NCBI GenBank assembly: GCA_034003165.1
Contig: JAVEZD010000003.1
Location: 1 to 48,396 of the forward strand
Direction: 5' to 3'
DNA length: 48,396 nucleotides
Origin: Bacteroidales bacterium
GTDB taxonomy: Bacteria; Bacteroidota; Bacteroidia; Bacteroidales; VadinHA17
Positions within the stretch are counted from its first letter, which is position 1; each line of letters begins with the position of its first letter. Shown here piece after piece: positions 43,121-48,396 of the stretch. Made by a program: the position numbers and the translations under genes. The notes under the pieces were generated by a model. It saw only the letters and a program-made list of their open reading frames with translations, searched no databases and was not told the DNA's origin.

Positions 43121-43698
43121 TGATGCCTGAGCTACTTGACCAGCAGTTATTCCTTTTCCTTAACTCCATAAACAGTCCCTTCATGGATAAGGCGATGTAT
43201 GTGATAACGGCAAAGCTCACATGGGTTCCACTTTATCTTGCCTTGCTTTATATCTTCCATAAGAAAATGGGAAGGAAATTCTGGTTGTTTCTTATAATAA
43301 TAGCGTTGTCAGTGCTTTTTGCCGACAGGGGATCCGTTCTAATTAAAAACACCGTTGAGAGACCCCGCCCATGTCATGAACAAGCCCTTGAAGGCCGGGT
43401 CCATCTCATTGGAGAGAGGTGCGGCGGGAGATACGGATTCGTTTCTTCACATGCCTCAAACGCATTCAATGTTGCCCTTCTCAGCCTGCTAGTCATAAAG
43501 AGAAGATGGTATACAATTTCTATTGTTTTCTGGGCGCTTGTTGTGGGTTACAGCAGGATTTATGCCGGTGTCCACTACCCGGGGGATGTAATCTCCGGTT
43601 CATTGTTTGGAGCCCTTATCGGATGGAGTATGTATTCGCTGCATGGATATGCCAGTGAAAAACTGCTTAAACCCGGTTCCTGGTTCCTGAAAGAATGA
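43120..43698 (+). CDS. PAP2-superfamily phosphatase (undecaprenyl-diphosphate / phosphatidate phosphatase-like)
   Basis: 192 aa, polytopic. It has the tripartite PAP2 motif KNTVERPRP ... SSHASNAF ... SRIYAGVHYPGDV. Its ATG overlaps the obg stop (TGATG). Confidence 0.85.
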   Translation: MMPELLDQQLFLFLNSINSPFMDKAMYVITAKLTWVPLYLALLYIFHKKMGRKFWLFLIIIALSVLFADRGSVLIKNTVERPRPCHEQALEGRVHLIGERCGGRYGFVSSHASNAFNVALLSLLVIKRRWYTISIVFWALVVGYSRIYAGVHYPGDVISGSLFGALIGWSMYSLHGYASEKLLKPGSWFLKE

Positions 43699-43770
43699 AT
43701 GCAGGGCACAATACTGAGAATCATTTATCTGACGGAGATCATACTGCCGGATGCTTAAATATCTGCTGCT

Positions 43771-44721
43771 ATGTTTTGTATTCTGACCGATTCTGAAGAT
43801 CCTTTCTTTAACCTGGCTATAGAGGAATACCTTCTTAAGAACAGCAGGGAGGAGTACCTTATACTTGGAGTAAACAGCCAGGCGGTTATTATAGGTAAGC
43901 ACCAGGTCGCTCATCGTGAGACTGATACACGCTATGTGACTGAAAATAATATTCCTGTCATACGGCGTATATCAGGCGGTGGAACCGTTTTTCATGACTC
44001 TGGTAACCTTAACTTCTCTTTCCTGGCAAACAGTGAAAAGGGCAGGCAGATCGATTTCAGGAGATATACCTCACCCGTGATAAACTTCCTTGATTCAGAG
44101 GGAATCATAGCCTCACTCGAAGGGAAGAACGACCTTAAGACAGGCGGACTGAAGATCTCCGGAAATGCCGAACATGTATGGAAGGAGAGGGTGCTGCATC
44201 ACGGGACCCTCCTTTTTGATGCCAACCTTGACAGACTGCGACTATCGCTTCGTAAGGATACAGCCAGGTACGGCACCAGGGCGGTCAACTCAAATCCATC
44301 ACAGGTTACCAATATCTCAGCTGTGACAGACCGGAAACAGGGAATCCTTGATTTCAGGAATGCCATGGCCGCATGGTTCGTCAATAACATCCCGGGCACA
44401 GAGGTAGGTTATCTGACGGAGACTGAAAAGAAAGCCATCCGCATACTAGCAGAGGATAAATACCATAGCTGGGAATGGAATTACGGATACGGTCCTGACT
44501 ACCATTTTACCGCTTTGTCAGAATATAAATGTAATTTATACACTATTCATTTTTTTGTCAGGGACGGAATAATATCGGAATGCACTATCAGAGGTAATGG
44601 AGACCTGGAAAAGGTAGCTAAGTTACTTGAAGGATGCCGTCATATGCCCGGCGATATAGAGGAAAGGCTGGCTGGTGGGGGTATAATGACTGATCACGAT
44701 TTTGTATTCAGCCTGTTTTGA
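43771..44721 (+). CDS. lplA: Lipoate-protein ligase A
   Basis: 316 aa. Motifs seen: DPFFNLAIEEYLL and RRISGGGTVFHDSGNLNFSF, plus a lysine-containing GLKISGNA context. Confidence 0.88.
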   Translation: MFCILTDSEDPFFNLAIEEYLLKNSREEYLILGVNSQAVIIGKHQVAHRETDTRYVTENNIPVIRRISGGGTVFHDSGNLNFSFLANSEKGRQIDFRRYTSPVINFLDSEGIIASLEGKNDLKTGGLKISGNAEHVWKERVLHHGTLLFDANLDRLRLSLRKDTARYGTRAVNSNPSQVTNISAVTDRKQGILDFRNAMAAWFVNNIPGTEVGYLTETEKKAIRILAEDKYHSWEWNYGYGPDYHFTALSEYKCNLYTIHFFVRDGIISECTIRGNGDLEKVAKLLEGCRHMPGDIEERLAGGGIMTDHDFVFSLF

Positions 44722-44763
44722 TTTAAGGCTGCTCTCCTGATTTTACTCCTCCAAATAACAGAT

Positions 44764-44831
44764 TCCGGATAAAATTACTACATTGGATTATTAATTCGGT
44801 GATTGACAGAAGGACCGGGTATCCGGATAAA
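44764..44831. promoter_or_regulatory. Direct repeat TCCGGATAAA x2 (58-nt spacing) upstream of plsC
   Basis: Identical 10-mers at 44764-44773 and 44822-44831. Each contains the palindrome TCCGGA. They lie 36-103 nt upstream of the plsC ATG. Confidence 0.25.
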
Positions 44832-44866
44832 CTGGTTACTGAATATCAGCTATTTGTTATAGACAT

Positions 44867-45604
44867 ATGGATATTTTAAAGTCGGTTCTGGTATGGTTGA
44901 CCGGTGTGTTATACATGCTGGTCCTTTTTCCTCTGACCTTTGCCGTGTGGTTGGTAATGCTGCCCTTCGACAAAGAAAGGATGGTCACTCATATGCTGCT
45001 TGTGTATCAGTCGTGGCTGATCTGCCATATAATGCCGGTTTGGAGTCTTGAGACCATGGGAAACCTGAAGTCTGCAAAAGGAAAGACTTTTGTAGTAATT
45101 TCAAATCACCAGTCAATACTTGACATACTTTTTATTAACAGTCTGGGCATGCGTTTTAAGTGGGTATCCAAAATAGAAAACACGAAAGTGCCTGTGCTGG
45201 GATGGTATCTTAAGATGGCAGACTATCTTACTGTCGACAGGGGTGACCGGGACAGCAAGGACAGGATGATGGAAGCTGCCCTTTCATGTCTGAGAAGAGG
45301 CACATCTGTTATGATGTTCCCTGAAGGTACAAGGTCGGCAGGAGGAGACCTGGGAATCTTCAAGAGAGGGGCTTTTCAGCTTGCAATAGCTTCAGGCAGG
45401 CCTGTTCTGCCTGTCGTTATTGACGGTACCGGAGATATCCTCCCAAAGCACGGCCTTTTATTCAGGAGCGGTAACAGGGTGAGGATAAAGGTGCTTGAGC
45501 CGGTTGAACCTAAGGATTTTGTGACAGATAACCACGATGAACTGGCTTTATGGTTCAATGAACTGATAAAAAAGGAACTTGTAATACTGAGAAGCACTGA
45601 TTAA
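44867..45604 (+). CDS. plsC: 1-acyl-sn-glycerol-3-phosphate acyltransferase family protein
   Basis: 245 aa. It has an N-terminal TM segment, the HX4D motif (NHQSILD) and the FPEGTRS motif. Confidence 0.85.
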   Translation: MDILKSVLVWLTGVLYMLVLFPLTFAVWLVMLPFDKERMVTHMLLVYQSWLICHIMPVWSLETMGNLKSAKGKTFVVISNHQSILDILFINSLGMRFKWVSKIENTKVPVLGWYLKMADYLTVDRGDRDSKDRMMEAALSCLRRGTSVMMFPEGTRSAGGDLGIFKRGAFQLAIASGRPVLPVVIDGTGDILPKHGLLFRSGNRVRIKVLEPVEPKDFVTDNHDELALWFNELIKKELVILRSTD

Positions 45605-45608
45605 GAAA

Positions 45609-46400
45609 ATGGTCAGAGATGCCGGATACAGAAGAATCCTTTACAGGATGGGTTACTATGAATACCAGCAGGGACTGGTATTCAGACATCTGAATCAGGA
45701 AGGGGGATGGGACCGGCATCTGGGTAACTGCCGCGATTTCATACTCAGGTCGGTAATGAGAAGGCAACCTGCCATTCTTACAGTTCTTGGCAGCGGATGG
45801 CTTCTCGACCTTCCTCTCGGGGAACTGGCTGCCATAACTCAAAAAATTTACCTTGTCGACATTATACATCCTCCCATGATTCGTGAGAAGATTGAAAGTT
45901 TTGACAATATAGAACTAAAGGAAGAAGATGTAACAGGAGGCCTTATTAAGGAAGTATGGGAGAAGTGCCACGGCACTTCAGTTTTCAGAAAAAAAGCGCA
46001 CAGACAGGATATCAGGGTTCCTGATTATGAACCAGCCTTCGACCAGGGGATGGTGGTGTCACTTAATCTGCTTACCCAGCTTGAGACATTGCCATGCAGA
46101 TTTCTGGAACGGCATGCTCTTATGTCAAACAATGACATTACCACAATGAAAATGGAGATACAGCAAAGTCACCTGAGCTTCCTGCAAAAGCATGATTCGG
46201 TTCTGATAACAGACACATGCGAAGTTGAAACTGACTCAGGTGGCAGGACGAAAACCATTCCGTCACTGCTGCTTCCTCTTCCCCAGGGTAAGATAAACAG
46301 TGAATGGGAATGGAACTTCGATAATGAAAAATCAGACTATTATATGAAGAAATCAATCTTCATGGTCTCGGCAAGATGCTATATTAATGAACAGGGATGA
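45609..46400 (+). CDS. Hypothetical protein with a class I SAM-methyltransferase-like fold
   Basis: 263 aa. It has a degenerate motif I (LTVLGSGWLLD), an acidic post-I residue (KIYLVDI) and a motif II/III-like FDQGMVVSLNLLTQL. It starts 4 nt after plsC, and its 3' end overlaps the next gene by 14 nt. Confidence 0.4.
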   Translation: MVRDAGYRRILYRMGYYEYQQGLVFRHLNQEGGWDRHLGNCRDFILRSVMRRQPAILTVLGSGWLLDLPLGELAAITQKIYLVDIIHPPMIREKIESFDNIELKEEDVTGGLIKEVWEKCHGTSVFRKKAHRQDIRVPDYEPAFDQGMVVSLNLLTQLETLPCRFLERHALMSNNDITTMKMEIQQSHLSFLQKHDSVLITDTCEVETDSGGRTKTIPSLLLPLPQGKINSEWEWNFDNEKSDYYMKKSIFMVSARCYINEQG

Positions 46401-48189
46401 AATAAACGGGATTTACCAATCCCTCAGGGACCGGTATGGCCTTCTTCTTGCAGCAGAGAAGAAGAAGTTGTCATTAATCTCATGGATGAGGCTTGTAATT
46501 TTTCTTGCCGGAGTGATAGGTTCAGGGATTCTTTATAGTTTTAATACCATTGCGGGAACATCTGGTGTTTTAATTACACTTATTCTTTTCCTGTTTCTAG
46601 TAATGAGGTTCAGTATTTCATCAGAAAGGATAAGTCTTTATGAAAACCTTGTAAGGATAAATATAGATGAGCTTAAGGCTCTTGAAGGTGATTATTCCGG
46701 ATTTGACGGCGGAGGGGAACACCGCGACCGCTCGCATGATTATTCTGAAGACATTGATCTCTTCGGGGATGACTCATTGTTCAGCTATCTTAACAGGACA
46801 GTGACTGGACATGGAAGCAGGATTCTTGCTTCATGGCTTAAGGGAAGCGGACCTCTGGGAGAAGACCTTATGGAACGGCAGGCAGCCATCAGGGAGTTGT
46901 CGTCAATGCCTGAATGGAGGCAGGATTTTATGGCTGCAGGTCCCGGAGGAAAGTCCGACATCAGTGGAATGGAGGCTCTTTACAGGTGGCTTGCCGGCAC
47001 CGGGGATATACCGGGTACTCCCTTGCTGAAGACACTGTCAGTTGTTTGTCCTGCCGCTGCCGTAATAAGTCTTGTCATGGCAGTAGTATCACTTATACCA
47101 GTGAACGTTTTCATAATTTTCTTCCTTACAAACCTGATGATTGAAGGATTATATCTTAGAAAGATAAACGTAATCCATTCCACCGTCACAGGAAGACATG
47201 GGTACCTTGCGCTTGTAATGAAGCTTATAAGAACCTTTGAGAGCAGGGAGTTCAGTTCGCCGCTTCTGATATCAATCAGGGAAAGTCTCTGTTCTGAAAG
47301 CGGCTCAGCGGCAGGCCGGATAAGGGAGTTCAACGCTATAGTAAAATCGTTCGACACACGACTTAATATGTTTGTGGGAGCTTTGCTTAACGGACTGTTT
47401 CTGTGGGATATCTCTTGTGTTTTGAGGCTTCACAGATGGAGGGATGCAGTTAAAGATGACCTTCCCTTCTGGATAGACCAGATAGGCAAGGTCGACGGAC
47501 TCATAAGTCTGGCAAACCACGCATATAATAACCCTGACTATGCTTACCCGGTCATTTCCGGTTCGGGACCGGTGTTCAGGGCTGAAAACCTTGGTCATCC
47601 TCTTCTTGACAGGGAAAAGAGGGTTACAAATGATCTTTCTATGAAAAGGGGTCAGGTTATTATCATTACTGGAGCCAACATGGCCGGGAAGAGCACTTTC
47701 CTGAGAAGTGTTGCCGTAAATATTGTCCTGGCACGTACAGGAGCCCCGGTATGTTCAACGGTGATGGAGATGATGCCTCACAGCCTGTTCACAAGTATGC
47801 GAACCACTGATTCGCTCAGCCATAACGAGTCGTATTTCTATGCTGAACTGCAAAGACTTAAATTGCTTAAGGATAGACTTGAAACAGGTGAAGAGATATT
47901 TTTTGTGCTCGATGAGATACTGAAAGGCACAAATTCAAATGATAAAAGTCTGGGCTCAAAGCTGTTTCTTAAGAAGCTTGTTGGTCTCGGCGCTTCCGGC
48001 CTTATTGCTACCCACGACACCTCTCTGGGGGAAATGGAAAAAGATAACCCGGGAACAGTTGTTAATAAATGTTTTGAGATTGACATAGACGGTGATGAGA
48101 TTTATTTCGATTACAGGCTTCGTGAGGGCATTACCCACAGGATGAATGCCGCGCTTCTGATGAGGCAGATGGGTATAGCCGGCGAGTGA
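46387..48189 (+). CDS. Membrane-anchored MutS-family ATPase (domains III and V only, no mismatch-binding domain)
   Basis: 600 aa. MutS domain V: ITGANMAGKSTFLRSV (Walker A), SYFYAEL, FVLDEILKGTNSNDK (Walker B) and ATHD. Core-domain start: SLFSYLNRTVTGHGSRILASWL. About four hydrophobic helices lie at approximately aa 31-74 and 222-264. Nothing resembles MutS domains I/II or a Smr domain. Confidence 0.75.
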   Translation: MNRDEINGIYQSLRDRYGLLLAAEKKKLSLISWMRLVIFLAGVIGSGILYSFNTIAGTSGVLITLILFLFLVMRFSISSERISLYENLVRINIDELKALEGDYSGFDGGGEHRDRSHDYSEDIDLFGDDSLFSYLNRTVTGHGSRILASWLKGSGPLGEDLMERQAAIRELSSMPEWRQDFMAAGPGGKSDISGMEALYRWLAGTGDIPGTPLLKTLSVVCPAAAVISLVMAVVSLIPVNVFIIFFLTNLMIEGLYLRKINVIHSTVTGRHGYLALVMKLIRTFESREFSSPLLISIRESLCSESGSAAGRIREFNAIVKSFDTRLNMFVGALLNGLFLWDISCVLRLHRWRDAVKDDLPFWIDQIGKVDGLISLANHAYNNPDYAYPVISGSGPVFRAENLGHPLLDREKRVTNDLSMKRGQVIIITGANMAGKSTFLRSVAVNIVLARTGAPVCSTVMEMMPHSLFTSMRTTDSLSHNESYFYAELQRLKLLKDRLETGEEIFFVLDEILKGTNSNDKSLGSKLFLKKLVGLGASGLIATHDTSLGEMEKDNPGTVVNKCFEIDIDGDEIYFDYRLREGITHRMNAALLMRQMGIAGE

Positions 48190-48329
48190 GATTCTTTTAC
48201 CCTCAGATATCCACACCCCCATTTTATCAAGGTCAGATTACCTTAGATAATCTTCATGGAAGCTCCTGTGTGCTAAAAACTATGGTGTATTGTTGAAAAA
48301 TTTAAAGACAACCGCCTCCCCTAAATAGT

Positions 48330-48337
48330 TATATTTG
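48330..48337 (+). promoter_or_regulatory. Bacteroidota -7 box TATATTTG for the rightmost gene
   Basis: Exact TAnnTTTG match 18 nt upstream of the ATG at 48355. Confidence 0.45.
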
Positions 48338-48354
48338 CGCAAAAATTCTGAAAA

Positions 48355-48396
48355 ATGTCGGTTGTCGGTTATTCGGAAGAGCATATTAAGACCCTT
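48355..48396 (+). CDS. First 14 codons of a gene, possibly a type IIA topoisomerase B subunit (ParE/GyrB family)
   Basis: It reads MSVVGYSEEHIKTL. Bacteroidota ParE proteins, as I recall them, begin with a Y(S/T)(E/D)(D/E).I..L string before the conserved EHIR.RPGMYIG. Too little sequence is available to be sure. Confidence 0.3.
   Translation, partial: MSVVGYSEEHIKTL

Noticed and set aside
1-48396. Search for CRISPR arrays, transposases/integrases, phage genes, toxin-antitoxin or known defence genes, rRNA/tRNA
   Set aside because: I found none by eye. There are no regularly spaced direct repeats, no DDE or tyrosine recombinase-like ORFs and no tRNA-like T-arms in intergenic regions. The gene content is housekeeping, so the window does not look like a mobile or defence island.

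Overview
This 48.4-kb window is a gene-dense chromosomal segment with about 41 protein-coding genes. It reads as core genome of a Bacteroidota (Bacteroidia-like) organism. Three things support that placement: exact TAnnTTTG -7 promoter boxes sit in front of many operons, PorP/SprF- and PorV/PorQ-like outer-membrane barrels are present, and the gene order purH-mreB-mreC-mreD-mrdA-rodA is typical of the phylum.

Gene content by function:
- Arginine: carB (5' end only), argR-argG-argH, carA, plus a PatB/MalY-type aminotransferase.
- Purine: purH, purE, hpt, adk.
- Rod-shape and peptidoglycan: mreBCD, mrdA, rodA.
- Lipoylation: lipA-lipB and lplA.
- Translation and replication: rsmA, lysS, obg, recJ, and the first codons of a GyrB/ParE-type gene.
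- Sugar metabolism: pgi, a PfkB kinase and a GH3 glycosidase.
- Lipid and envelope: plsC, a PAP2 phosphatase, acpH, a MacB/FtsX-type permease, an ABCG-like transporter, a PstS-like lipoprotein and a DUF2807-like protein.

I found no rRNA, tRNA, CRISPR array, transposase, integrase, phage gene or recognisable defence gene, so this is not an obvious accessory island. I cannot point to a clearly novel system with confidence. The best candidates for a second look are:
1. A translationally coupled PorP/SprF-like barrel and a PD40 beta-propeller protein ending in a SPOR domain.
2. A two-gene outer-membrane module in which a ComEA-like helix-hairpin-helix domain is fused to a large beta-barrel.
3. 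A plsC / methyltransferase-fold / membrane-anchored MutS-domain-V operon.
4. A conserved hairpin element of about 78 nt, present twice (201-278 and 27463-27540) in two unrelated divergent promoter regions.

The ORF track translates alternative start codons (TTG, GTG) as M. I trimmed several N-termini for that reason. All family assignments come from motif recognition by eye and were not checked by database search.
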